A stretch of DNA of 64,000 bases from an uncultured Candidatus Rokubacteria bacterium (GTDB taxonomy: Bacteria; Methylomirabilota; Methylomirabilia; Rokubacteriales; DASRDR01): the NCBI GenBank assembly GCA_963826115.1, contig CAWGVS010000006.1:960001-1024000 (forward strand). Reading direction: 5' to 3'. Below the pieces are notes generated by a model. The model saw only the letters and a list, made by a program, of their open reading frames with translations, did not search any database and was not told the DNA's origin. Below are positions 39,709 through 49,187 of the stretch, piece by piece. Position numbers and translations under genes: made by a program. Each line of letters begins with the position of its first letter. Position 1 is the stretch's first letter.

Positions 39709-41025
39709 ATGGTGCCGACACGCCTTGTGTTCTTGGTGCTGGTGGCCTGTACGCTCGCGTCGCCGGCGTGGGCGCAGGAGGTCGACTTCGTCGACACGCC
39801 GGCCGGCCGGGCGTTCAAGGCCCAGCAGTACGAGGTGGCGCTCGCGGAGCTCGAGCGCATGCTCGCCGCGAACCCCCGGAACGCGTTGGCGGTCCGTTAT
39901 CTCGGGATCACGCTGGACCGGCTCGGGCGCTATCGCGAGGCGGTGGACATCTACCGGCGCGCGCTCGCGCTCGAGCCCGACAGCGCGGCGACCTACTTCC
40001 ACCTCGGGGTGACCTACTACAAGGCCAGGGAGCCGGAGCTTGCGCGGGCGAGCTTTGACCGGGCCGGCCAGCTCGCGCCGGAGTCGCTCTACGAGCAGAT
40101 GGCGCGTCGCTACCTCGACGCCCTCGCGGAGCAGCAAGTGGAGCTCCAGCGGCCTGGGGCGCCGAGGCTCTTCTCGCTCTTCGCGGACGTCGGCGTGCAG
40201 TACGACTCGAACATCCCGGCGGCTCCGAGCGGCGCCGGCCTGTTCGACGGCAAGCGCGGCGGGGCTCGAGTCGTCGAGTACGTGTCGGCGGAGCTGCGGC
40301 TTCTCAGGAGCCCTGGCTGGCTCGGGCTGGTCGAGGGCTCCACGTACCAGGCCCAGTATCCGGACAGCGCCTTCGACGGGTTCGGCATCGCGACGTATGG
40401 TCTCGGGGCCTTTCTCCAGCGCGACACCACGATCGGGGAACGGGCGCTGATCTTCTCGGCCCGGTACAACTACAACTGGGTCTTTCTCGACGGGGACACG
40501 TACAGCGGCTCCCACGTCGCCACCGCGAGCGCGCAGCTGGACGAGGCGCGGTGGACGGCGACCAACGTCTACTACCGATATACGCGGGACGACTTCGAGG
40601 ACGAGGGATTCGATCCGGCCGTCTCCTCGCGCGACGCGGACAATCACGCGGTCGGTGTGACGCAGATCCTGTACTTCGCCGACCGAAAGGGCCAGTTTCG
40701 CATCGGCTACGAGTACCAGACGAACCAGGCGCGAGGGCAGAACTTCGATTTCGACGGCCACAAGGTCACGGTCTCGGCGAGCGTGCCGCTGCCGGGCGCG
40801 ATCCAGGCGGAGCTGGCCGCCGACTACGGTCGCGAGCGATACGCGAGCTTCCAGGGACCCGCACGGCGCGAGACGGACCGGTGGGGGATTCGGACCAGCC
40901 TGGCTCGCTGGTTTGGCCCGTTTCTCCTCCGGCTGACGGGGGCGTGGACCACCGAACAGTCGAGCTATGATGTCCTCGAGTACGAACGCTGGGTTGTCGG
41001 GGTGAGCGCCAGCTATGCATATTGA
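39709..41025 (+). CDS. TPR plus outer-membrane beta-barrel protein (Slam/DUF560-like architecture)
   Basis: Signal peptide (AWA-Q), about 3 TPRs, then GVQYDSNI first strand, amphipathic strands, C-terminal VGVSASYAY beta-signal. Confidence 0.75.
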   Translation: MVPTRLVFLVLVACTLASPAWAQEVDFVDTPAGRAFKAQQYEVALAELERMLAANPRNALAVRYLGITLDRLGRYREAVDIYRRALALEPDSAATYFHLGVTYYKAREPELARASFDRAGQLAPESLYEQMARRYLDALAEQQVELQRPGAPRLFSLFADVGVQYDSNIPAAPSGAGLFDGKRGGARVVEYVSAELRLLRSPGWLGLVEGSTYQAQYPDSAFDGFGIATYGLGAFLQRDTTIGERALIFSARYNYNWVFLDGDTYSGSHVATASAQLDEARWTATNVYYRYTRDDFEDEGFDPAVSSRDADNHAVGVTQILYFADRKGQFRIGYEYQTNQARGQNFDFDGHKVTVSASVPLPGAIQAELAADYGRERYASFQGPARRETDRWGIRTSLARWFGPFLLRLTGAWTTEQSSYDVLEYERWVVGVSASYAY

Positions 41026-41047
41026 GCTCTGCCGTTCGTGGCGTCCG

Positions 41048-41518
41048 ATGAGGGCCATGGCGTGCGGCGGCGCGTTGGCGATGCTGGTCACGGCGCTGCC
41101 GTCGGAGGTGTCGTGGGCCCAGGGCGCGGTCGGCGGTGTGACGCGGTCCCCGGACGAGGTCATCGACGTCTCCCTCGGCGCGATCGAGGGGCCCGTCCTC
41201 CAGCCCATCTGGGTTCCCCCGGGAACGCCGCGGGGGATACCGGCGTCCCCGCCCTACAAGCAGGAGCCTCCGGCCGCGCAGCGGGATTTCCGAGCCCTGT
41301 CGTCGACGGGGTCGGTGCCGCCGCCGAATCCGGGCAAGGGCGGCGGCCAGCCCGGTGGCGGAACGGGGGGCGGCTCGGCCGGCCCACCGGGGCAATTTCC
41401 CCCCGGGCAGTTTCCACCACCCAACATCGATCCCACGCCGCCGAACGTCGGACTTCCTCCGCCGGGTCCTGGTCTTCCGCCGCCCGGACCCTTCCTGCGC
41501 CCCGCCCGCGTGCGATAG
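41048..41518 (+). CDS. Small secreted Pro/Gly-rich protein; start 41015 or 41048
   Basis: Signal-like SWA-Q, PPGQF x2 and GLPPPGP x2 repeats; directly follows the barrel gene. Confidence 0.5.
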   Translation: MRAMACGGALAMLVTALPSEVSWAQGAVGGVTRSPDEVIDVSLGAIEGPVLQPIWVPPGTPRGIPASPPYKQEPPAAQRDFRALSSTGSVPPPNPGKGGGQPGGGTGGGSAGPPGQFPPGQFPPPNIDPTPPNVGLPPPGPGLPPPGPFLRPARVR

Positions 41519-41600
41519 GGAGCCTCCGCGCACCCACGCCCCGCGGGAGCGCGTGCGCGTGCTGCCGGCGTGGGCAGGCCTCGTTGCTCCTCTAGGAGGG

Positions 41601-42392
41601 ATGCGAATGGACCTCGGTCTCCAGGGCAAGGCTGCGATCATTACCGGCGGCAGTGACGGCCTCGGCCTGGCCACGGCGCGGCGCCTGGCGGCCGAGGGGG
41701 CGGCGGTGGCGATCTGCGGGCGCGACGCGGCGCGCCTCGCGCGCGCCGCGGAGACGCTACGGGCGGACGGCGCGCCCGTGCTCGACGTTCACTGCGACGT
41801 CACGCGTCCCGAAGATCTCGAGCGGCTCGTGGGATCGGCCGTCGAGCGGTTCGGCCGGGTCGACATCCTTATCAACAACGCCGGCACGTCGGCGGCCCGC
41901 GGCTTCGACACCGTGGACGACGCGGCATGGCAGGCCGATCTCGAGCTCAAGCTCTTCGGCGCCGTGCGCTGCGTGCGGCTCTGCGTGCCTCACATGCGCC
42001 GCCACGGCGGCGGCCGCATCGTGAACATCCTGAACACGGGCGCCAAGACGCCCGGCGCGCGCTCGATGCCCACCTCGGTGAGCCGCGCCGCGGGGCTCGC
42101 GCTCACGAAGGCGCTCTCGAAGGAGCTGGCGCCGGACGGCATCCTCGTCAACGCCGTCTGCATCGGGCTGGTCAAGAGCGGCCAGTGGGAGCGGAGCTGG
42201 GCCAAGGAGGGCCGCCCGGGCACGCTCGACGCCTACTACGAGCGCCTGGCCCGGGAGCGCGGGGTCCCCGTCGGCCGTATCGGCGAGGCCGACGAGCTCG
42301 GGGCCCTGGTGGCGTTCCTGGTCTCCGCGCCCGCCGCGTTCATCACGGGCGTCGCCATCAACTTCGACGGCGGCAATTCCGCCGTCGTCTGA
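41601..42392 (+). CDS. Short-chain dehydrogenase/reductase (atypical, lacks YxxxK)
   Basis: MDLGLQGKAAIITGGSDGLG, NNAG, TSVSRAA, FITG..DGG; AGGAGG RBS. Confidence 0.9.
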   Translation: MRMDLGLQGKAAIITGGSDGLGLATARRLAAEGAAVAICGRDAARLARAAETLRADGAPVLDVHCDVTRPEDLERLVGSAVERFGRVDILINNAGTSAARGFDTVDDAAWQADLELKLFGAVRCVRLCVPHMRRHGGGRIVNILNTGAKTPGARSMPTSVSRAAGLALTKALSKELAPDGILVNAVCIGLVKSGQWERSWAKEGRPGTLDAYYERLARERGVPVGRIGEADELGALVAFLVSAPAAFITGVAINFDGGNSAVV

Positions 42393-42404
42393 GGCGGTCG
42401 GGCG

Positions 42405-44219
42405 TCAACGGCGGACGCGGTACACGCGCGCCCCCGTCGACTCGAAGACCAGGTCGAGGCCAGGCGGGGCCGGCGCCGGAACGCGGAAGCCCTCGACGCC
42501 GTCGGTCACGTCCAGGACGTGGGTGAACGCGAGCTGGTCGAGCTGCGCCAGCGCCGCAGGTAGATCGTGCACGCCGTCGACCGGCCGCTCGCCGTATGGC
42601 CCCACGAGCTTCACGTAGTCGTGGTGGAGAAAGTAGGGCGGCGGACTCGGGCCGAGGATCAGAACCCGGCAGGGCGCGGGCATCCGGTTCAGGTATGCGA
42701 ACGCGTCGGCGTAGGGGACTCTCTCTCGCCAGCGGGCCTCGTCGCGGCGGCCATCGAGCACGCTCGCGGCGGCGGGCACATAGGTCCGGGCGAGGACGGC
42801 CGCACCGTAGGCCACGGAGATCGCCAGCGCCAGGACCCACGCGAACCGGGCCCGCCGGCCGTGGCGCCTTGCGAGTGCGCTCGCCCCGGCCACTGCCAGG
42901 GCCGTCGTCAGGATCACCACCGGCGCGAGAAAGCGCGACTCCTGCTGGGCGAAGAACCAAGCCAGAGTGTTGAGGCCGATCCACAGCACGGCATAGCGCA
43001 CCGCCCGGTGACGCCAGCGGACGAGCCCCGCTGGGAAGAAGGCGAGCGGCACCACCCCGATGCCGCCCGCGCCGTGGAAGCGATGCGCGTGGTAGGTGTA
43101 GCGGAAGGGCAGGAGCGCCAGGTCCCACGCGGTCCGGCCGAACCCCCGGCCCCGCACTTCGAGGTAGCGCACCCAGTCGACGCTCGCGTCGGCCGGGAAC
43201 GCTCGGGGCCGGCCCAGCCGCGCGAGTGCGGGCGTGGGTGGATAGATCGGGACGCCGAGGATCAGGTAGTTCCGGAGATAGAAGGGGAGCGCCACCACCG
43301 CGGCCAACGCCGCCGCCTCGGCGGCCAGCCCGATCGCCTCGCGCGCGCCGCTCCGGCGCCAACGATGTACCAGCGCCAGGGCGAGGGTGATCGGCGCCAT
43401 CATCAGGCCGTTGTACTTCGTGCCCATCGCGAGGCCGAGGAACAGGGCGCCGACCCGGAACCACCCGCGAGACGCTCGGTCCTCGAGGAGGAGCCTCACC
43501 GCGGCGAGGACGAAGCCCGCATACTCGAGATCGACGAAGGCGACGGTCACGAGGTCCGTGAGGGCCGGCATCGTGGCGACGAGCAGCGCGGCCGCGGCTG
43601 CCCATGCCGCCCCGGCGCCGAGCCAGCGGACGAGCCCCGCGGCCTGCACGACCACCGCCGAGCCGAGCAGGAGCCCGACGACCCCCGGCGCCCGCTCGTT
43701 GGCGAGCGCCATCCCGGCCCCGAACAGGAGCTCGACGACTGCCGGGAAGGCGGTGTGGGACATGTCGAGAACCGGCTCGATGCGACCGTGGCGCAGCCAC
43801 ATCGCCGGTCCGAGCAGGTGATACGAGATCCCGTCGTGGCCGATGTTGCCGACGGGCCGGGCCAGGGAGGCCAGGACCAGGACGAGGAGCGCCGGGGCCA
43901 GAACGAGCCACACGAGCGAACGGGGCGGCTCGAGGGCGCGGAACGTCGCGGCGAGCGCGGTGCGCTCGGCCCGGGGCAGCATCGGAAGCAGGCCGGCGGC
44001 GGCGCAGACCGCGACGGTGAGGGCCGAGAACCAGAGCTGCCCGACGAGGAACAACCCGACCGCTTCGGCGCCCGCCCCCGCCAGGACGGACAGGGCGAGC
44101 GTCTCCGCGGCGCCGAGCCCGGCGCGGACCGGGCGGAGGAGCCGAAACCCCAGCGTGGTCCAGGTCAGGCCGAGGAACGCGACCGCGCCGAGCGCCCACA
44201 GACTCTCGACGATGATCAT
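42405..44219 (-). CDS. GT-C superfamily membrane glycosyltransferase (ArnT/PMT-like)
   Basis: HDGISYHL, AFVDL, GTKYNG, PFYLRNY..G.PIYP, QESRFL; more than 11 TM. Confidence 0.75.
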   Translation of the reverse strand: MIIVESLWALGAVAFLGLTWTTLGFRLLRPVRAGLGAAETLALSVLAGAGAEAVGLFLVGQLWFSALTVAVCAAAGLLPMLPRAERTALAATFRALEPPRSLVWLVLAPALLVLVLASLARPVGNIGHDGISYHLLGPAMWLRHGRIEPVLDMSHTAFPAVVELLFGAGMALANERAPGVVGLLLGSAVVVQAAGLVRWLGAGAAWAAAAALLVATMPALTDLVTVAFVDLEYAGFVLAAVRLLLEDRASRGWFRVGALFLGLAMGTKYNGLMMAPITLALALVHRWRRSGAREAIGLAAEAAALAAVVALPFYLRNYLILGVPIYPPTPALARLGRPRAFPADASVDWVRYLEVRGRGFGRTAWDLALLPFRYTYHAHRFHGAGGIGVVPLAFFPAGLVRWRHRAVRYAVLWIGLNTLAWFFAQQESRFLAPVVILTTALAVAGASALARRHGRRARFAWVLALAISVAYGAAVLARTYVPAAASVLDGRRDEARWRERVPYADAFAYLNRMPAPCRVLILGPSPPPYFLHHDYVKLVGPYGERPVDGVHDLPAALAQLDQLAFTHVLDVTDGVEGFRVPAPAPPGLDLVFESTGARVYRVRR

Positions 44220-44419
44220 CCGCCGGCGAGAAGACTTCGGAGGTGGGTGAAGGTCTCAGAGCTCGCGACGCGCTCCCAGAGGAAGCCCGCGGCCACGCCG
44301 AGCGCCCACAGGACGAGGATGGGATCGATCCAGCCGTCCAGGCGACGCGGGGTCTCGCCGGAGCCGATGCTCGATCGCACTGCCTCCGGACGACGGGCGG
44401 GGCCGACCGCCTCGCTCAT
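44216..44419 (-). CDS. Small single-TM hypothetical protein coupled to the GT-C gene
   Basis: Hydrophobic ILVLWALGVAAGFLW; stop overlaps next start (ATGA); start uncertain. Confidence 0.35.
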   Translation of the reverse strand: MSEAVGPARRPEAVRSSIGSGETPRRLDGWIDPILVLWALGVAAGFLWERVASSETFTHLRSLLAGG

Positions 44420-44685
44420 CGAGTCAGGAGGCTCTCGCCGGACGAGGCGCGGTCGCGCCCGTCGGTCGGTCCCCGCGAGTGCGTAGCGCATCCCGCGAAC
44501 GCCGAGCAAGAGGAGACGGCGCACTCGGCGGGCGATCGGTCGCCTTGCCCCACGCGTCTGAGGGTGATGTATCGTGGGAGTAGGGATCGAGCCGACACTC
44601 CTCTCGACCCCGGAGCGGCACCGCGACATGATCGCGTCTGTCTGACCGGGGTCACCCACCTCCGAGCGCCGACGGAGCCGGGTGC

Positions 44686-45063
44686 ATGCTGCAGCTTGAC
44701 GAGATGCTGAGGGGCGTGCGGTACCTTGGGCAGATCCCCCGCTTCCTCCGGCAGCCGCTCGGCGCGGACGAGGTCTGGTCCCTCCTCCATCGCCGCTTCG
44801 AGCGCCGGGCGGCCGACTTCCTCAGCTTCCTCCCCGCCGTCAGCTCGGCGGGCCCGCCGACGAATCATCCCTACCGGCGGCTCCTCGCGCTGTCCACGTG
44901 TGAGTACCAAGACGTGGAGAAGTTGGTCGACGGGAAGGGCGCCGAGGGTGCGCTCCAGGCGCCGGCGCCTCGGGCGGATTCGTCGGCCGCATCCCGTCCT
45001 AGCCACCGTCAACGATCCCGGCCGATTCTACCCTGGGCCGGTTTCGTGCGGGAGGAAGGGTGA
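44686..45063 (+). pseudogene. Truncated N-terminal fragment of a larger conserved protein (recalled as phenylacetate-CoA-ligase-like)
   Basis: FLRQPL..RRAADFL..HPYRRLLALSTCEYQDVEKLV..GAEGAL, then composition degenerates. Confidence 0.45.
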
Positions 45064-45367
45064 CAGCCCGTGTCTCGACGCCTTCGTGATCTCCGTGGTG
45101 CGTCTGCCCACGTGCTGTTGCGGCGAAGCCACCGACTTCCAGCTGGTGGCGCGGGACGAGGCCGTCGACTCCCGCCTGGGGCTCAGGCTCGCGTCTGCCC
45201 CGAGGTCAGCACGGTCGGCCCGGCACGGAGCGTGTAATGGGACTCCTGTGGCAGGATACCCGCGTGGTTCGCCTCGAGTGCCGGCCGCCGTTCACGACCG
45301 CGACGGGAGATAGCCTCGACTTCCACGGCGAGAGGCACGGGTCGCGCGCGGCCCAGGTAGGAGCGGG

Positions 45368-48070
45368 ATGACCAAGTACGTCTACTTCTTCGGGGCGGGC
45401 CGCGCCGAGGGCTCCTCGGTGATGCGCAACCTCCTCGGCGGCAAGGGCTGCGAGCTCGCCGAGATGACGAACCTCGGCATCCCGGTGCCGCCCGGCTTCA
45501 CCATCACGACGCAGGCCTGGGTCCACCGCCAGCGTGCCGGGCGGACGTGGCCGGATGGGCTGTGGGAGCAGATCCTGGAGCACCTCCAGCGCCTCGAGCA
45601 GGTGGCCGACGCGCGGTTCGGCGATCCCGAGCGCCCGCTCCTCGTGTCGGTCCGGTCGGGCGCCCGCGTCTCGATGCCCGGGATGATGGAGACCATCCTG
45701 AACCTCGGACTCAACGACGCGAGCGTCGAGGGGCTGGCGGCGCGCACGGGCAACGAGCGCTTCGCCTGGGACTGCTACCGCCGCTTCATCACGATGTTCT
45801 CGAGCGTGGTCCTCGGAGTGAAGCGCGAGATCTTCGCCGAGCACCTCGACGCCATGAAGGCGCGTCTGGGCGTCGCGGACGCCGGCGTCCCCGCCGGAGA
45901 GCTGCGGAAGCTCGTGCAGGCGTATCACGAGGAGATCGTGGCTCGGACCGGGAGCGCGTTCCCCCAGGACGTGCGCGAGCAGCTCCGTCTCGCGGTCGAC
46001 TCCGTCTTCGATTCCTGGCACGCGAAGAAGGCGACGGAGTACCGCCGCATCCACGGCGTGCCCGAGGAGTGGGGCACCGCGGTGACGGTCATGGCCATGG
46101 TGTTCGGGAACCTCGGCGAGACCTCGGGGACCGGGGTCGGCTTCACGCGGGACCCGCGCACCGGAGAGTCGCGCTTCTACGCGGAGTTCCTGCCGAACGC
46201 CCAGGGCGAGGACGTGGTGGCGGGCATCCGGACCCCGCTCCCGATCGAAGCGCTTCGGGACCGGATGCCACCGGTGTACGCCGAGCTCATCGAGATCGCC
46301 ACGCGGCTCGAGCGGCACTACAAGGACATGCAGGACATCGAGTTCACGGTCCAGGAGGGCAAGCTCTACCTCCTGCAGACCCGGGGGGGGAAGCGCTCGG
46401 CGCGCGCAGCGGTGCGAGTGGCGGTCGACCTCGAGAAGGAGCACGTGATCGACCAGCACACCGCAATCCTCCGGGTGAAACCGCACGAGGTGAACGAGGC
46501 CATCCGCCCGGTCTTCGACGACCGGGAGAAGGCGGCCGCCATCGCGGCGGGGCGGCTCCTCGGGCGCGGGCTGGCGGCGGCGCCGGGCGCGGCGGTGGGC
46601 CGGGTGGTGTTCGACGCCGACCGGGCCGTCGAGTGGGTCAAGAACGGGCAGCACGTGATTCTGGTCCGGCCGGAGACGTCGCCCGAGGACGTGACGGGGA
46701 TGTACGCGGCGGAGGGTGTCGTCACCTCGCGCGGCGGCCGCACGTCGCACGCGGCCGTGGTCGCGGTGGGTATGGGCAAGGCATGCGTCGTCGGCGCCGC
46801 GGAGCTGGTGATCGACGAGGCCGCGCGTCGGTTCGACGTGGGCGGTCGCACCGTTCGCGAGGGCGACGTCATCTCGGTGGATGGCGGGACCGGCGAGGTC
46901 ATCGCGGACACGATCCGGACCGTCGAGGGGCGGATTGACGAGCAGATGCGGGAGCTCCTCGGGTGGGCCGACTTCTACCGCAAGGGCGGCCTCGGCGTTC
47001 GGGCCAACGCCGACACGCCGGCCGACGCCGAGCGCGCCCGCGAGTTCGGCGCCGAGGGCATCGGTCTGGTCCGTACCGAGCACATGTTCTTCGCGGCCGA
47101 ACGGCTGCCGATCGTCCGGGAGATGATCATGGCGACGGACCAGGCCGCCCGCCGCGCGGCGCTCGAGCGCCTCCGGCCGGTCCAGCGCCTGGACTTCGCC
47201 GGCATCTTCCGGGCGATGCACGGCCTCCCGGTCACCATCCGTCTCCTCGACCCGCCGCTCCACGAGTTCCTGCCGAACTGGAAGGAATACAAGGAGATGG
47301 TGGCCGAGAAGAGCCGCCTCGAGACCCTCGGCATCGAGCCCGAGGAGCAGCAACGCCTCGAGGCGATGATCGTCGCGGTGGAGCGGCTCCGCGAGGCGAA
47401 CCCGATGCTCGGGCACCGGGGGTGCCGGCTCGGCATCACGCACCCCGAGATCTACGGGATGCAGGTGCGCGCGATCATGGAGGCGGCGTGCGCCGCCGCC
47501 GAGCAGGGCGTCCGCGTGGAGCCCGAGATCATGATCCCGCTCACCGGCACCGTCGGCGAGATGAAGGAGACCTTCGAGCAGACCCGCCGGGTGGCCGACG
47601 GCGTCATCGCCGAGATGGGCGTGCAGGTGCCCTACCTCGTCGGCACCATGATCGAGGTGCCGCGCGCGGCGATCATCGCGCAGAAGATCGCCGAGTACGC
47701 CGAGTTCTTCTCGTTCGGGACCAACGATCTCACGCAGCTCACGTTCGGGTACAGCCGCGACGACGTGGCGAAGTTCCTGCCTCGCTACCTCGACATGGGG
47801 CTCGTGCCCGCCGACCCCTTCGCGGTGCTGGACCAGGAGGGGGTGGGCGAGCTGATCGCCCTGGGGATCGACCGCGGGCGCCGGCGCCGGCCCGACCTGA
47901 AGGTCGGGATCTGCGGAGAGCACGGCGGCGAGGCCTCGTCGGTGGAGTTCTGCCACAAGGTCGGCATGAACTATGTCTCGTGCTCCCCGTACCTCATTCC
48001 CGGCGCGCGGCTGGCCGCCGCGCAGGCCCGGATCCGGGAGCGGCTCGCCGGCGGGGGTGACCATCGCTAG
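45368..48070 (+). CDS. ppdK: Pyruvate, phosphate dikinase
   Basis: LGGKG, PLLVSVRSGARVSMPGMM, GGRTSHAAVVA phospho-His, GIGLVRTEHMF, FSFGTNDLTQ, GICGEHGG. Confidence 0.98.
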   Translation: MTKYVYFFGAGRAEGSSVMRNLLGGKGCELAEMTNLGIPVPPGFTITTQAWVHRQRAGRTWPDGLWEQILEHLQRLEQVADARFGDPERPLLVSVRSGARVSMPGMMETILNLGLNDASVEGLAARTGNERFAWDCYRRFITMFSSVVLGVKREIFAEHLDAMKARLGVADAGVPAGELRKLVQAYHEEIVARTGSAFPQDVREQLRLAVDSVFDSWHAKKATEYRRIHGVPEEWGTAVTVMAMVFGNLGETSGTGVGFTRDPRTGESRFYAEFLPNAQGEDVVAGIRTPLPIEALRDRMPPVYAELIEIATRLERHYKDMQDIEFTVQEGKLYLLQTRGGKRSARAAVRVAVDLEKEHVIDQHTAILRVKPHEVNEAIRPVFDDREKAAAIAAGRLLGRGLAAAPGAAVGRVVFDADRAVEWVKNGQHVILVRPETSPEDVTGMYAAEGVVTSRGGRTSHAAVVAVGMGKACVVGAAELVIDEAARRFDVGGRTVREGDVISVDGGTGEVIADTIRTVEGRIDEQMRELLGWADFYRKGGLGVRANADTPADAERAREFGAEGIGLVRTEHMFFAAERLPIVREMIMATDQAARRAALERLRPVQRLDFAGIFRAMHGLPVTIRLLDPPLHEFLPNWKEYKEMVAEKSRLETLGIEPEEQQRLEAMIVAVERLREANPMLGHRGCRLGITHPEIYGMQVRAIMEAACAAAEQGVRVEPEIMIPLTGTVGEMKETFEQTRRVADGVIAEMGVQVPYLVGTMIEVPRAAIIAQKIAEYAEFFSFGTNDLTQLTFGYSRDDVAKFLPRYLDMGLVPADPFAVLDQEGVGELIALGIDRGRRRRPDLKVGICGEHGGEASSVEFCHKVGMNYVSCSPYLIPGARLAAAQARIRERLAGGGDHR

Positions 48071-48112
48071 GCCGCCGCGCTTCTCGGCGCGGACCACGGG
48101 CGAGCCCGGCCG

Positions 48113-49165
48113 ATGAGCGTGCGCTTCGGCCTCAGCGTGCCGAACCGGGGCCTCGTCATCGGGGCGGGGAACCCGAAGGACCTGGTCGCGATGTGCGAGG
48201 CCGCCGACGCCTCGGAACTCTTCGACGCCGTCTTCACCGGCGACAACCTGGTCTCGAAGCCCCGCCTCGACGCCATCGTCTTCCTCTCGCTGGTCGCCGG
48301 ACGGACCCGCCGCGTCACGCTCGGGACCGCCTGCATGGCGAGCTTCGTCTTCCGTCACCCGATCGTCCTGGCCAACCAGTGGGCCGCCCTCGACTACCTG
48401 AGCGACGGGCGCACGCTCCTCGTGGCGTGCATCGGGGGCGGACCGGACACGCGCCGGGGGCCGCCCTCGCCGAGCGGGGCGAAGTGGGCGACGGAGTTCG
48501 CGGCCATGGGCGTGCCGGTCGCCGAGCGCGTCGGCCGGATGGTCGAGGGGATGGCGATCCTGCGGGCGCTCTGGACCGGGGAGTCGGTCACGCACCACGG
48601 CCGCTTCTACCGGTTCGACGACGTGCGGATCCACGTGACGCCGGTGCAGCACCCCTGTCCGATCGCGATCGCGTCGAATCCGCGGCCGCCCCACGCGGAC
48701 GAGGCCACGATCGACCGGGCGCTCCGGCGCGTGGGCGAGATCGGGGACGGCTGGCAGGTCGAGATGAGCACGCCCGAGGAGTTCGGCGAGCGCTGGACGC
48801 GGATCCGGAGCTACGCGCGCGCCGCCGGGCGGAGCCCGCTGCCGGACGCCTCGATGATCCACTTCTACGTGAACGTCCAGGACCGGAGCCAGGCCGCCTT
48901 CGACGAGGCGCGCCGCTTCTACGAGGCGTACCACCTGGGGACGTTCCCGGAGGACTACCTCCGGTGGCGGCTCGTCACCGGCACGCCGACCGAGGTCACC
49001 GAGCGGCTGGCCGGCTTTCTCGACGCGGGCTGCACCTTGCCCATCCTCCGATTCGCGAGCTGGGACCCGGCGGGCCAGATGCGGCGGGCGATGGCCACCG
49101 TGCTGCCCGCCCTCCGCGACCACGCCGCGCGCCTCGCGGCGCGGCCGATCGAGTCGGGCCGGTAG
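48113..49165 (+). CDS. LLM-class flavin-dependent oxidoreductase
   Basis: RHPIVLANQWAALDYLSDGR, HHGRFY, PVQ.P.PI, GDGW. Confidence 0.88.
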   Translation: MSVRFGLSVPNRGLVIGAGNPKDLVAMCEAADASELFDAVFTGDNLVSKPRLDAIVFLSLVAGRTRRVTLGTACMASFVFRHPIVLANQWAALDYLSDGRTLLVACIGGGPDTRRGPPSPSGAKWATEFAAMGVPVAERVGRMVEGMAILRALWTGESVTHHGRFYRFDDVRIHVTPVQHPCPIAIASNPRPPHADEATIDRALRRVGEIGDGWQVEMSTPEEFGERWTRIRSYARAAGRSPLPDASMIHFYVNVQDRSQAAFDEARRFYEAYHLGTFPEDYLRWRLVTGTPTEVTERLAGFLDAGCTLPILRFASWDPAGQMRRAMATVLPALRDHAARLAARPIESGR

Positions 49166-49187
49166 GCGGGACCCGTCGACGGCGCCG

